Assembly (NCBI GenBank): GCA_002344065.1
Contig: DDTK01000011.1
Span: 641,977-705,976 of the forward strand
Reading direction: 5' to 3'
DNA from: Flammeovirgaceae bacterium UBA2366
GTDB taxonomy: Bacteria; Bacteroidota; Bacteroidia; Cytophagales; Cyclobacteriaceae
Length of the DNA stretch: 64,000 bases
Shown here: one piece after another, positions 8,676-18,608 of the stretch
Layout of the letters: each line of letters begins with the position of its first letter
How positions within the stretch are numbered: the first letter of the stretch is position 1
Notes under the pieces: generated by a model
Seen by the model: the letters and a program-made list of their open reading frames with translations, nothing else
What the model was told of the DNA's origin: nothing
The model's database searches: none
Program-made: the position numbers and the translations under genes

Positions 8676-10838
8676 TTAACGAAGGAACAAAAGTTCCCGG
8701 TATTTTACAAGAGGCCAGTCCTCATCATCAATCAAAAGTTCGAGATCATCCACAGCATCGCGTATAGTATCAAAATATTTTTCCTTGATATCATCGCAAT
8801 AACCAATAGCCCGTTTGTGTGTATCGGTAATCTTGTTAAGCCGTTTACGCTCTTCAATCATCTGGCGAACATTGTTTTTTAGTATACCAATAAGTTCATT
8901 TATCTCCTTTATGGTTTGAATAACAGCTTTATTATCAATACCCAAACCTTTCAAACCATTGGCATTAGCTATCAACTTGTTTTGATAAGCAATAGCCGTG
9001 GGCACAATGTGGTTCATGGCCAGATCGCCCATAACCCGCGCTTCAATTTGAATCCGTTTCATGTAAGCCTCCAGTCTGATCTCGTTTCGTGCTTCCAATT
9101 CGGCTTTGGTCAACACATTGTGACGCTTATACATATCCACAGTTTTGTCGGTCAAGTAAGCATCCAGCGCACGCGGCATATTTTTAATATTGCTCAGTTT
9201 TCGTTTGGCTGCTTCTTTCACCCAGGCCTCAGAATAACCATCGCCCTCAAAACGAATGTCTTTCGACTCTTTGATGTATTTCCGTAACACATTTACAATA
9301 GCTAACCGCTTTTCAGTACCCTTTTCAATTTCTTTAGATACCGCTTCATGGAATTTGGTTAGCTGATCGGCCACGATAAGATTCAAAGCCGTCATGGGTA
9401 CAGCACAGTTATCGCTTCCACCCACAGCACGGAATTCAAATTTGTTACCGGTAAAAGCAAAAGGTGAAGTACGGTTACGATCAGTAGCATCCAGAATGAT
9501 CTCCGGAATCTGATCGATACCTAACTTCATATACATATTGTCGCCCTTTTCAATTTTCACATTACCTTTCTTCTCCAACTCATCCAATACGGCCGTCATT
9601 TGTGAACCGATAAAAACAGACATGATAGCCGGAGGTGCTTCGTTGGCTCCAAGGCGGTGATCGTTACCCGCTGTAGCGATACTGGCTCTTAACAAGTCGG
9701 CATGCTCATGAACAGCTTTGATCGTATTCACAAAGAAAGTGAGGAACATGAGGTTATCACGAGCGCTGCTGGATGGCGCAAACAGGTTTACGCCCGTATC
9801 AGTAATCAGCGACCAGTTGTTGTGCTTTCCTGTTCCGTTTAATCCGGCAAAAGGCTTTTCATGAAATAACACTTTTAAGTTATGACGCTCGGCTACGCGC
9901 CACATCACATCCATCAATAATTGGTTGTGATCGTTGGCTACGTTTACCTCTTCAAATAGAGGAGCAACCTCAAACTGGCTTGGTGCAACTTCATTGTGAC
10001 GGGTACGAACCGGTATACCAAGTTTCCACGCCTCAACTTCAAACTCCTTCATAAAATCATATACACGCGAAGGAATAGACGCAAAATAGTGATCTTCCAT
10101 TTGCTGACCACGCGCAGGTGCATGACCAAACACGGAACGGCCACCCATTACCAGATCAGGGCGTGCCATATACAAACCCTTATCAACAACAAAATATTCC
10201 TGTTCGCAACCCAGTGAAGCTTTTACCGATTGGACATCCTTATCAAAAAACTGACTCACCTTGGTTGCGGCTACATCAACTGCCTTAAGCGCTTTCAAAA
10301 GCGGTCCTTTAGCATCCAGCGTTTCGCCTGTATAGGAAACAAATACCGTAGGAATGCAAAGTGTCTTTCCGTAAAGAAACATGGGTGATGTTGGATCCCA
10401 TGCCGTATAGCCACGCGCTTCAAAGGTGGTGCGGATACCTCCACTTGGGAAGGAGGAAGCATCAGGTTCTTGCTGAACCAATTCGCTGCCCTTAAATTTT
10501 TCAATTCCAGCCAATGCATCGAAAAATGAATCGTGCTTTTCGGCAGTACCACCGGTTAGGGGTTGAAACCAGTGTGTGAAATGGGATGCTCCTTTGTTTA
10601 AAGCCCAGCTTTTCACAGCTGAAGCTACCGCATCGGCTGTGTCTTCATCGATTTTTTCATGAAACTTAATTGCCTGGCTTACCTTTTTATATACCGATGG
10701 AGAAAGAGATGCCCGCATTTGATCCATGCTGAACACATTTTCGCCAAAGAAATCAGATACCCTCGGAGCAGGCAAATCCATATGCATCCGGGGAATGTCA
10801 TTTAAACGCTTTAAAGCTTCAAATCGTAAGTGCGCCAT
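8676..10838 (-). CDS. glnN: Glutamine synthetase type III
   Basis: 720-aa ORF, the size typical of GSIII. It shows the N-terminal GSIII-type region and a GS catalytic core (NGTGKHNNWS, HRLGANEAPP). Confidence 0.9.
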   Translation of the reverse strand: MAHLRFEALKRLNDIPRMHMDLPAPRVSDFFGENVFSMDQMRASLSPSVYKKVSQAIKFHEKIDEDTADAVASAVKSWALNKGASHFTHWFQPLTGGTAEKHDSFFDALAGIEKFKGSELVQQEPDASSFPSGGIRTTFEARGYTAWDPTSPMFLYGKTLCIPTVFVSYTGETLDAKGPLLKALKAVDVAATKVSQFFDKDVQSVKASLGCEQEYFVVDKGLYMARPDLVMGGRSVFGHAPARGQQMEDHYFASIPSRVYDFMKEFEVEAWKLGIPVRTRHNEVAPSQFEVAPLFEEVNVANDHNQLLMDVMWRVAERHNLKVLFHEKPFAGLNGTGKHNNWSLITDTGVNLFAPSSSARDNLMFLTFFVNTIKAVHEHADLLRASIATAGNDHRLGANEAPPAIMSVFIGSQMTAVLDELEKKGNVKIEKGDNMYMKLGIDQIPEIILDATDRNRTSPFAFTGNKFEFRAVGGSDNCAVPMTALNLIVADQLTKFHEAVSKEIEKGTEKRLAIVNVLRKYIKESKDIRFEGDGYSEAWVKEAAKRKLSNIKNMPRALDAYLTDKTVDMYKRHNVLTKAELEARNEIRLEAYMKRIQIEARVMGDLAMNHIVPTAIAYQNKLIANANGLKGLGIDNKAVIQTIKEINELIGILKNNVRQMIEERKRLNKITDTHKRAIGYCDDIKEKYFDTIRDAVDDLELLIDDEDWPLVKYRELLFLR

Positions 10839-10992
10839 AGTGGTTGTTTTTGGGTGTAATTTGGCGCCAAAGGTATATTATTTTTGAAAAAATGGGATAA
10901 ATTTTACCCTACTTAATAAAATTTTTGATAGAAAATATAAAATCTGGGTTTCAATTTAATTCAAGCGGTTGAAAACGCTGAAAATTCAACTA

Positions 10993-11766
10993 TCAGGGTT
11001 TCTGTTTCGATGCTGCCACTTGAAATTGTTCATCGTAGTCGGGATGCAGGGTACCCAGCCACCTATCCCAGAATAAAAAGTACAACCCATAATTTCCCTT
11101 AAAATACTGATGATGCATATTGTGATTTACAGAGGTGTTGATCCATCGGCCAACCAAACTTTTCGCAAAACCTTTTGGGTATAGCTCATAGCCAAGATGA
11201 CCATATACATTATAAATCATCATAAACAATAAAAAGATACCAATAGCCAGGGGATGAACGGGAAATAAGAACGCTACCAGCACAATAATTCCTGCTTCCA
11301 ACACCGCCTCCAATGGATGAAAAGCCATGGCTGCCCACGGTGAAGGATTGGTAGATAAGTGATGGACCCGATGTACATATTTATAAACTGACTTATGGTG
11401 GATGAGCCGATGCATCCAATAAAAGTACGTGTCGTGCAGAAAAATGATCAGGATTACACTCGCGGCCAGGTAGCCCCATCCGTAGTCACTTACTTTATAA
11501 TACACTTGCGTATAGCTTGCAAGTGGAGTCAGAAATACCGCAAAGCCAACGCCAGCAAAAATAAATGAGGTGAGAATGGAATAGATAATCTCCCGAACAT
11601 AGTCTTTACTTAGCGGAAACCGACTTTGAATCTTCCTGAACTGCCAGGCGTGTCTTTTAATTACATAGAAAATAAGAAAGGCTGCAGAAGCAAGAATCAG
11701 GTACCGGAGAAATACAACGGTGAGAATTGCCCAAAAACTTTTTGTGCCGATCAGGTAGAAACTCAT
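10993..11766 (-). CDS. Fatty acid hydroxylase / sterol desaturase family membrane protein
   Basis: Multi-TM protein with histidine boxes HRLIHH, HRVHH and HNMHH. Confidence 0.8.
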   Translation of the reverse strand: MSFYLIGTKSFWAILTVVFLRYLILASAAFLIFYVIKRHAWQFRKIQSRFPLSKDYVREIIYSILTSFIFAGVGFAVFLTPLASYTQVYYKVSDYGWGYLAASVILIIFLHDTYFYWMHRLIHHKSVYKYVHRVHHLSTNPSPWAAMAFHPLEAVLEAGIIVLVAFLFPVHPLAIGIFLLFMMIYNVYGHLGYELYPKGFAKSLVGRWINTSVNHNMHHQYFKGNYGLYFLFWDRWLGTLHPDYDEQFQVAASKQKP

Positions 11767-11777
11767 ATGCGAAATAA

Positions 11778-11806
11778 CAAAAAAATCCCGGCTCCATGGC
11801 CGGGAA
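11778..11806 (-). terminator. Rho-independent terminator downstream of 11813-12493
   Basis: On the minus strand: TCCCGG-(loop)-CCGGGA followed by TTTTTTTG. Confidence 0.65.
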
Positions 11807-11812
11807 TTTTCG

Positions 11813-12493
11813 TTAACTCGATTTTCTTACAGAACCACCGCTGCTGGAGTTGGTATTCGTTTTCATAGGATTACCCCGGTAGCGGATATCGGCCCCGCTA
11901 CTGGCACGCGCATCAATTTTTTGCGATACAGAAATTCTGATCGATCCGGCACTGCTGGCGCTACAATCAGCTTCTTCAGTCTCCAGGTCGTACCCGCCAA
12001 TTTTTGCTGCGCTGCTGGCCTCCAACTCCACCCGCTTCGCCTTTCCCCTCAGTTCCAGTTCTGCAGCACTGGAAACACTGGCCGTTAAGGATTCAACATC
12101 AACCCCTATATCAATAGAACCGGCACTGGAGGCACTCAGGGATAATGATCTTGTTTTAATGATTTCATCAGCATAAATACTGGATGCAGAGCTACATGAA
12201 ATCTTTGTAAGTTCTACATAGGTTACGTATACCTTAACCGTGCGCGTCCGGTTATACCGTCCTTCCGCCATCTGAATTTTGAGGTAGTCTCCCGAAACCT
12301 CAGTAATAACATTTTTAATATCGGTACCCGATACCTCAACCCGTACACTTTCTTTGCTGCCCTTTTTAAGGTAAACATCAATCCCCGCTGAAGATTTGAT
12401 ACCGCGGAATGAGCCGACATTCCGGTTTTCAGATTCCTGTGCATACAAAATGGAACCCATCAAGAGAAAGACTAAAACCATTGACTTCTTCAT
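11813..12493 (-). CDS. DUF2807 / GIN-domain (putative adhesin head-like) secreted protein
   Basis: 226 aa with a signal peptide. Repeated 'SSAG/SSAA...I' beta-strand repeats ending in ...GGSVRK, characteristic of DUF2807 proteins. Confidence 0.65.
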   Translation of the reverse strand: MKKSMVLVFLLMGSILYAQESENRNVGSFRGIKSSAGIDVYLKKGSKESVRVEVSGTDIKNVITEVSGDYLKIQMAEGRYNRTRTVKVYVTYVELTKISCSSASSIYADEIIKTRSLSLSASSAGSIDIGVDVESLTASVSSAAELELRGKAKRVELEASSAAKIGGYDLETEEADCSASSAGSIRISVSQKIDARASSGADIRYRGNPMKTNTNSSSGGSVRKSS

Positions 12494-12643
12494 AATGCTT
12501 ATTTTGATCTAAAGACAAGCGCCCCATACAGGGGTTGCATGACGGCTTAAAACGGTTGATTTTTTTGCAAGTGTATCAAAACATTGTAATTTTAGCTATA
12601 TTTCAACGATTTTAGAAGCGAATATAAACCAGCTGAAACGCAT

Positions 12644-13048
12644 ATGTCATTAAACACTAAAGCAGAACTTAATACTCTTATCAATTTAGCTGCCAGTGAC
12701 AGTAAAATTGAAGATCGTGAATCCAAGCTGATTCACATGATTGGAAAGGCTAATGGATTGACCGCAGATGAGGTTCAGGAAATGATTAATAAGCCTAAAC
12801 CCATCACCGATCTTTCGGCTATGACCAATGACGAAAAGTTTGAACACCTGTACTACCTCATTCAGATGATGAAAATGGATGGCCAGGTTTTCAGAAGCGA
12901 GATTATTTTTTGTGAATCCATTGCCGAGAAGCTAGGGTATAAGAAAGCTGTTGTAGGCGAGATGTCACAACACATCTATAGCGACCCATCCATTACAGCC
13001 GATCGGGAAATGCTCAGAAAGAAAGCTGAGAAATACATCCGGGACTAA
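12644..13048 (+). CDS. TerB-like (tellurite-resistance TerB fold) small protein
   Basis: 134 aa. The paired helical segments (DSKIEDRESKLIHMIG; DGQVFRSEIIFCESIAEKLG) resemble TerB-family repeats. This is a weak call. Confidence 0.45.
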   Translation: MSLNTKAELNTLINLAASDSKIEDRESKLIHMIGKANGLTADEVQEMINKPKPITDLSAMTNDEKFEHLYYLIQMMKMDGQVFRSEIIFCESIAEKLGYKKAVVGEMSQHIYSDPSITADREMLRKKAEKYIRD

Positions 13049-13067
13049 TTCAACCAAACCTATAACT

Positions 13068-13098
13068 CAAAATCCTGGCACAATCGCCAGGATTTTTC
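13068..13098. terminator. Bidirectional hairpin terminator between convergent genes
   Basis: AAAATCCTGGC-ACAATC-GCCAGGATTTTT: an 11-bp perfect stem with an A-run before it and a T-run after it. Confidence 0.75.
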
Positions 13099-13107
13099 TA
13101 TTTACGA

Positions 13108-14826
13108 TCAGTCCTTCTTCGCAAACACCACTTTACCACCGAAAATCGTCATGTTTACTTCGGCCTTCAGAATATCCTGTTCATCACATTGCATAATATC
13201 CTGATCAAGCACTACAAAATCAGCGAGCTTACCTTTTTCAATTGAGCCCTTTATATTTTCTTCAAATGCACCGTAGGCAGCATCCAGGGTATACGAGCGT
13301 AAAGCCTGTGCACGGGTCATTTTCTCATCCGGTTCATAACCTCCCTCCGGTTCACCCTTTAATGTTTTGCGTGATACGGACGCATAAAAACTTGGTATTG
13401 GGTTGACCGGTTCAACAGGCGCATCGGTTCCGTTCACAATGGTAGCTCCTGATTTCAGTAACGACTGCCACATGTATGCGCCTTCTTTAATCCGCTTCTC
13501 CCCTAACCGCTCAATGGCCCAGGGCCTGTCGCTTGACATATGAATAGCTTGCATGGCAGGTATTACGCCCAACTTTCCAAAGCGGGGAATATCGTTGGGA
13601 TGCAAGTGTTGTGCATGTTCAATTCGAAAACGATGATCCTTTTTTTCTGGATTTTCGTTTATGGCTGTTTCATATCGGTTTAAAATTTCCTGATTGGCCC
13701 GGTCACCAATGGCATGTGCACAAACCTGAAAGCCTGATTTCAAAGCCAGTCGTGAAACGGAAAGTACCGTATCCATGGGATAGGTTGCCATACCATAAAA
13801 ATCGGGACGATCGGTATAGGGCTCAAGCAACCAAGCACCTCGTGAACCTAAGGCACCATCGCAATTCAGTTTTACAGATCGTATGGTTAACAGATTTCCG
13901 GAGTCAATCTCCGGGCCTTTTTTAAACCATTCATGAATCAGGTCATGATCCCATCCGGTTAACATAACATATAAGCGCACCCCAAGTTTACCTTGATCTT
14001 TAAACGATTTGAATAATTCAATATTCTCACGGGATACACCCGCATCATGAAAACTGGTAATGCCATTACGCCAGCATGCCTGTATAGCCAGCTCCAACGC
14101 CTGAGCATCTCTATCCTCTTCATCATCCGGAATAAACCGCGAAACCAATCCCATAGCACGTTCATTAAAAATGCCGGTAGGGTTTCCCAATTCATCGCGC
14201 AAAATTTCACCACCATCTTCTGAAATATCCTGAATAATCTCCTTGGAGAGTTGATTAACACCGGCTACTTCCATGGCCTTGGCATTGGCCAAGGCGGCAT
14301 GTCCACTGGCATGGCGTAAAAAAACAGGGTTGTTGGGCGATACTTCGCTAAGCTTATGATGTGTCTGAAATCCTTTGACCATTATATCAGGCTTCGTATC
14401 CCATTTATCCTGGTGCCAACCCCGACCTAAAATCCATTGTCCGGGTTGCGCTTTCTCGGCAGCCTCTTTTACTTTCTCAATCAATTCATCATAACTTTTT
14501 ACATACATCAAATCCAGGTTGAGCTCATTATACCCAACACCCATAAAATGACCATGACCTTCAATGAAACCAGGTGTCATTATCCTTCCTTCAAGATCAA
14601 TTACCTGAGTAGTTTTACCAATGAATTTCTGCACCTCTTCCTCGCTTCCTGCAAAAGTAATTTTATCACCTGTTACAGCTACAGCCTCCACTTCTGGCTG
14701 CTTATCGTTTACGGTATAAATCTTGCCACCCAATACAACCAGATCGGCCGGTTCAATACCTGAACCACAGCCTGTAAAAAGGATAGTTATGTAAAGTGAA
14801 CATGTGAAAAGAATAGCCTTCTTCAT
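13108..14826 (-). CDS. Amidohydrolase-family (amidohydrolase_3 type) metal-dependent hydrolase, lipoprotein
   Basis: 572 aa with lipobox FTGC and an HGH metal motif (IEGHGHFMG). The C-terminal 'ADFVVLD' segment is typical of this family. Confidence 0.85.
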   Translation of the reverse strand: MKKAILFTCSLYITILFTGCGSGIEPADLVVLGGKIYTVNDKQPEVEAVAVTGDKITFAGSEEEVQKFIGKTTQVIDLEGRIMTPGFIEGHGHFMGVGYNELNLDLMYVKSYDELIEKVKEAAEKAQPGQWILGRGWHQDKWDTKPDIMVKGFQTHHKLSEVSPNNPVFLRHASGHAALANAKAMEVAGVNQLSKEIIQDISEDGGEILRDELGNPTGIFNERAMGLVSRFIPDDEEDRDAQALELAIQACWRNGITSFHDAGVSRENIELFKSFKDQGKLGVRLYVMLTGWDHDLIHEWFKKGPEIDSGNLLTIRSVKLNCDGALGSRGAWLLEPYTDRPDFYGMATYPMDTVLSVSRLALKSGFQVCAHAIGDRANQEILNRYETAINENPEKKDHRFRIEHAQHLHPNDIPRFGKLGVIPAMQAIHMSSDRPWAIERLGEKRIKEGAYMWQSLLKSGATIVNGTDAPVEPVNPIPSFYASVSRKTLKGEPEGGYEPDEKMTRAQALRSYTLDAAYGAFEENIKGSIEKGKLADFVVLDQDIMQCDEQDILKAEVNMTIFGGKVVFAKKD

Positions 14827-14978
14827 CGTAGTAATATTTATGTGCTTAATGTTAAGTATATTTTAATTGAAAACTAAGCAGACTTATCTTTATGCGCTTG
14901 TTTAAGGATAGGCGGGTTAATTATGCACAAGGATATTTTTAAAAAGTACAAAGTGAGTACAACGCTAAAAAATAAATT

Positions 14979-15689
14979 ATGAAACTGATCTCCTGCACCC
15001 TGATAATTGTATTGTTTTCAATAATGGCAAAAGCACAGGATTTCGGTCTTTCGTTTTCCTATTTCATCCCGAAAAATGGTTACTTCTCCACACCCATAAG
15101 TCCGTTTTCCATTCGGGGAATTGGTTTCAACCTGAATAATTTTATTGCTGTTGAAACCGGTGCTTCACTTTACCGCATGTCTGGTCTGAATGTTAAGGGC
15201 CTTCCGTTCGAAACCAAAAACCCCTTGGTAGGTCCGAATTTCACCATCTTTATTCCTGCCGAATTAGTATTTGAATTGAAAGGCAATAACATTCAGTTTG
15301 ATATAAAGGGTGGTGGCTTTTTTTTCTACGGGTTTGATCAGAAAATACTATACGGCAATATGGATCGCGCTATGCGCGAATTTTACCAGTTGGAAATTGT
15401 GAATGCCGACCTTACCTATGAAAACAAACCCGGCTTCGGTTATCATGTTGGAGCGGAGCTGACCTTATATGTTACGCAACAGGTGGGTGTATCGCTTGAG
15501 TGTAACTACCTGGTGGGGCAATCTTCATTTCCATTAATGGGTAGCTTTACGGGAGGCACTGGAAGTACCATTGAAACTACGCCTGTCAATTATCCGGATG
15601 CAAAAATTGACCTGACTGGTCTGGAGTTTTCTATTGGATTAATCTTCAGCTCTGGCGGTGGCGCAGCACCAAAGAAAAGAAGACGATAG
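14979..15689 (+). CDS. Putative outer-membrane beta-barrel protein
   Basis: 236 aa with a signal peptide. Alternating hydrophobic/aromatic beta-strand pattern with glycine-rich turns. Unusual basic tail (PKKRRR). Confidence 0.45.
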   Translation: MKLISCTLIIVLFSIMAKAQDFGLSFSYFIPKNGYFSTPISPFSIRGIGFNLNNFIAVETGASLYRMSGLNVKGLPFETKNPLVGPNFTIFIPAELVFELKGNNIQFDIKGGGFFFYGFDQKILYGNMDRAMREFYQLEIVNADLTYENKPGFGYHVGAELTLYVTQQVGVSLECNYLVGQSSFPLMGSFTGGTGSTIETTPVNYPDAKIDLTGLEFSIGLIFSSGGGAAPKKRRR

Positions 15690-15690
15690 T

Positions 15691-17055
15691 CTACTCTATA
15701 GCCAAGCCATTCACAAACCGCACTACTCTGCTCTGTGGCCATTCGGGTTCTATCCGCTTAAGGTAATGATTAGCTTTTTCAAACTCCATAAATTTACCTG
15801 TATAAAAAAACGTAACACCATCTGCGTTCAGCACGCTGTCCAGGCCGTGAGGAAATGCGTCTGCCTTTTCTAATACAGAATAAACCTCTTCACTGTTTCT
15901 CGCTTCCCGTAAACGAACCGCATATGTGATAACTGTATCTGACGGAATTTCCATTAGCTCTGAAATTCCTTGGTTATACTTTCCCAGCAGTTTCCTTGAA
16001 TCGTCAATAAATGTTTTAAAAGCCAATTTTGATGGTTCATCTTTGATAAAATTGGTTGCATCATTTTCAAATGTTGATACTGGTAAAACATAAAAACTTC
16101 GTTTGCTATCAGTTGTTCGATAAACCCATTGCAACCGGTAGTTCGCGGTATCGATAGTGGTTACAGAAACGGTATCGGTAATAATTTTCTTCAGCTCCAC
16201 CTGAAGCATAGCTCCTCCATCCCGGTAACGGGGCCGTTGCCCCGACACAAAGTTACCGAGTGAATAGACCACCAATTGATTCTCTTCCTTTCGCCACTCC
16301 ATAGGCTGAAGCACATGAGGGTGCGCCCCAATCACCAACTGGGCCCCATGCCTAAAGCAAAATTCAGTAAGCTGTCTCTGCTGTTTTGTTGGTTGGTTTT
16401 CATACTCGTTGCCCCAATGCATAAAAACAATAGTAGCATCAGGTTGCAGTTCACGGGCACGTACAAGATCTTTTCGTATTAGTGCAGTATCAATGGGGTT
16501 TACAATATTGGGCTTTGTTACCGGAATCCCATTTGTACCATAGGTATAATTAAGCAATGCCAGTTTGAATCCATTTTTATGAATCAGCAACGGATAGTCA
16601 TTCATTCTCTCTACGGTATCCGTAAATGTGCCGGTATGTATAAGCTTAAGGCTGTCCAAAACTCTGATGGTTCGCTCCAGTCCTTTCTTTCTACGGTCAA
16701 CACTATGGTTGTTGGCGGTGACCAAAACATCCACACCAACTTGTTTTAAAGCCACGGCCAGTTCATCAGGCGCGCTGAATTGCGGATAACCCGTATAGGG
16801 TTTACCCGCCAGGGTTAACTCCAGGTTGCCTATGGTAAGATCAACGGATTGAAAATATGGTTTAAGAAATTGAAAACAATCTGTATAATCATGCTTACCG
16901 GTTTTTGAATGGTAGGCGGCATTAATCTGCGTTTCATGCTGCATAATATCACCAAGAAATAACAAGGAAATCCGTGCAGTATCCTGTGCGTTGATGAACT
17001 GCGCACAAAGAACCAGCAGTGAAAAAATTAAACCCTTATAAATTACAGATTTCAT
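15691..17055 (-). CDS. CapA-family metallophosphoesterase-like protein with a C-terminal extra domain
   Basis: 454 aa with a signal peptide and CapA hallmarks LLFLGDIMQHE, GNLEL and TANNHSVD. Confidence 0.75.
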   Translation of the reverse strand: MKSVIYKGLIFSLLVLCAQFINAQDTARISLLFLGDIMQHETQINAAYHSKTGKHDYTDCFQFLKPYFQSVDLTIGNLELTLAGKPYTGYPQFSAPDELAVALKQVGVDVLVTANNHSVDRRKKGLERTIRVLDSLKLIHTGTFTDTVERMNDYPLLIHKNGFKLALLNYTYGTNGIPVTKPNIVNPIDTALIRKDLVRARELQPDATIVFMHWGNEYENQPTKQQRQLTEFCFRHGAQLVIGAHPHVLQPMEWRKEENQLVVYSLGNFVSGQRPRYRDGGAMLQVELKKIITDTVSVTTIDTANYRLQWVYRTTDSKRSFYVLPVSTFENDATNFIKDEPSKLAFKTFIDDSRKLLGKYNQGISELMEIPSDTVITYAVRLREARNSEEVYSVLEKADAFPHGLDSVLNADGVTFFYTGKFMEFEKANHYLKRIEPEWPQSRVVRFVNGLAIE

Positions 17056-17058
17056 TCT

Positions 17059-17697
17059 TCAAATTTTTATTACTGTATTATCAGCAATGGCAAATAGCTG
17101 ATCTTCTTTTTTAGGTTGTATACGTGAAAGTCCTGTAAACATACCAAAAGCCGGCAGATAGCCTTGTTGTTCGCCAAAGTAAAAACAAGGCAACATAATT
17201 CTTTGCTTTCCTCTGCCGGAAAGCTGAACCCCGGGATGAATATGACCGGAAATTGTATAAACCCCGGGAAGATGCTTCTCGGTTGGAAAATGTGAAAACA
17301 AAAAAGTATCCAATTGCAAACCTTCGCCATGAAGAATAATATTGCTTCGGGTGTATTGATGGTTGGTTAAAATATCATGATTACCGGTCACCAATTCAAA
17401 TGAAAGTTGTGTAAACGAACGTGTAAACTGGCCAACTATTTCCCAATCATAGTTATAATGGCTATGAAAAAGATCACCAATGCAAATCATCCTTTGGGGT
17501 TTTACCAGTTGCACCAGCTCGATTAACGTTTCCCAGTTTTTGTCATTGGCCTTTGGAGGCACGGGTATGCCAGCCTTTCGGAAATGATTTACCTTCCCCA
17601 AATGCATATCGGCCAATAATAACATGCTCTGCTTTTTCCACCACACAGCACGTTGTGGAAGAAGTGTAAATGTTTCGTTAAAAATGGTAACTTCCAT
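17059..17697 (-). CDS. pdeM: Ligase-associated DNA damage response metallophosphoesterase PdeM
   Basis: 212 aa with motifs LLLADMHLGK, IGDLFHS, GNHD, GHIHPG and LPAFGMFTG in the order characteristic of PdeM. Confidence 0.8.
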   Translation of the reverse strand: MEVTIFNETFTLLPQRAVWWKKQSMLLLADMHLGKVNHFRKAGIPVPPKANDKNWETLIELVQLVKPQRMICIGDLFHSHYNYDWEIVGQFTRSFTQLSFELVTGNHDILTNHQYTRSNIILHGEGLQLDTFLFSHFPTEKHLPGVYTISGHIHPGVQLSGRGKQRIMLPCFYFGEQQGYLPAFGMFTGLSRIQPKKEDQLFAIADNTVIKI

Positions 17698-17750
17698 AAT
17701 CGTACATGTAGAAGTAAAAGTGGTAACTTACCCTTCTTTAAAATTTTTGT

Positions 17751-18497
17751 ATGTCAAAAGTATTGCTTCTTTCAAGTTTCATTTTCATGTCCTCCCTGTT
17801 GTTTGCACAGAATTTATCTGAATTTAAAAAACTTGAATTTATCACTCCGCAAGATACACTTCCTTACCGTTTACTATTTCCTGAAAATATCGCATCCGAT
17901 AAGAAATATCCGCTTGTGATCTTTCTTCATGGCTCAGGCGAACGCGGACGCGATAACGAGCAAAACCTGAAATACATCACTGACTTGTTTCTGAATACAG
18001 CCAACAGAAATACATTTCCAGCCTATGTTGTTGTGCCGCAGTGCCCCAAGGATAAGCGTTGGGCGCCTCAAGACTGGTATGGTAAAGTAGAAGAACCAGC
18101 ATCGTTGGTTATGACCTTGCTGGATTCATTGGTACAGCACGAATCCGTTGACCCAAACAGGATTTACCTTATGGGCCTTTCCATGGGAGGATTTGGCACG
18201 TGGTATCTTATCACACGTTTCCCCAATACGTTTGCCGCAGCCGTTCCCATTTGTGGAGGTGGAGATTGGAATCAGGCGAAGGCATTAAGCCATATCCCGC
18301 TGTGGATATTTCACGGAAAAAAGGATGAGGTTGTGCTGCCTGAACAAAGTAGAAAGATGGTTCACGCCTTGAAAAAAGCAGGAGCTAAACCCCGTTATAC
18401 GGAATACAAAAAAGTTGGACACGACAGCTGGACACCCGCACTGAAAGAACCCCAATTACTCAACTGGTTATTCAACCAACATTTATCGGGCAATTAA
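17751..18497 (+). CDS. Alpha/beta hydrolase (carboxylesterase / prolyl-oligopeptidase-type serine hydrolase), secreted
   Basis: 248 aa with a signal peptide, LHGSGERG, nucleophile elbow GLSMGG and a late GHDSW histidine. Confidence 0.75.
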   Translation: MSKVLLLSSFIFMSSLLFAQNLSEFKKLEFITPQDTLPYRLLFPENIASDKKYPLVIFLHGSGERGRDNEQNLKYITDLFLNTANRNTFPAYVVVPQCPKDKRWAPQDWYGKVEEPASLVMTLLDSLVQHESVDPNRIYLMGLSMGGFGTWYLITRFPNTFAAAVPICGGGDWNQAKALSHIPLWIFHGKKDEVVLPEQSRKMVHALKKAGAKPRYTEYKKVGHDSWTPALKEPQLLNWLFNQHLSGN

Positions 18498-18608
18498 GCT
18501 CAAAAGCAAATAAATAGGAGTATCTAAAGCATTTCGGTTTCATAAAATATTTAACATTACGGTAATATTGGAGAATGTTTTTCAGGACAACTTTACCCCC
18601 TTACAACT

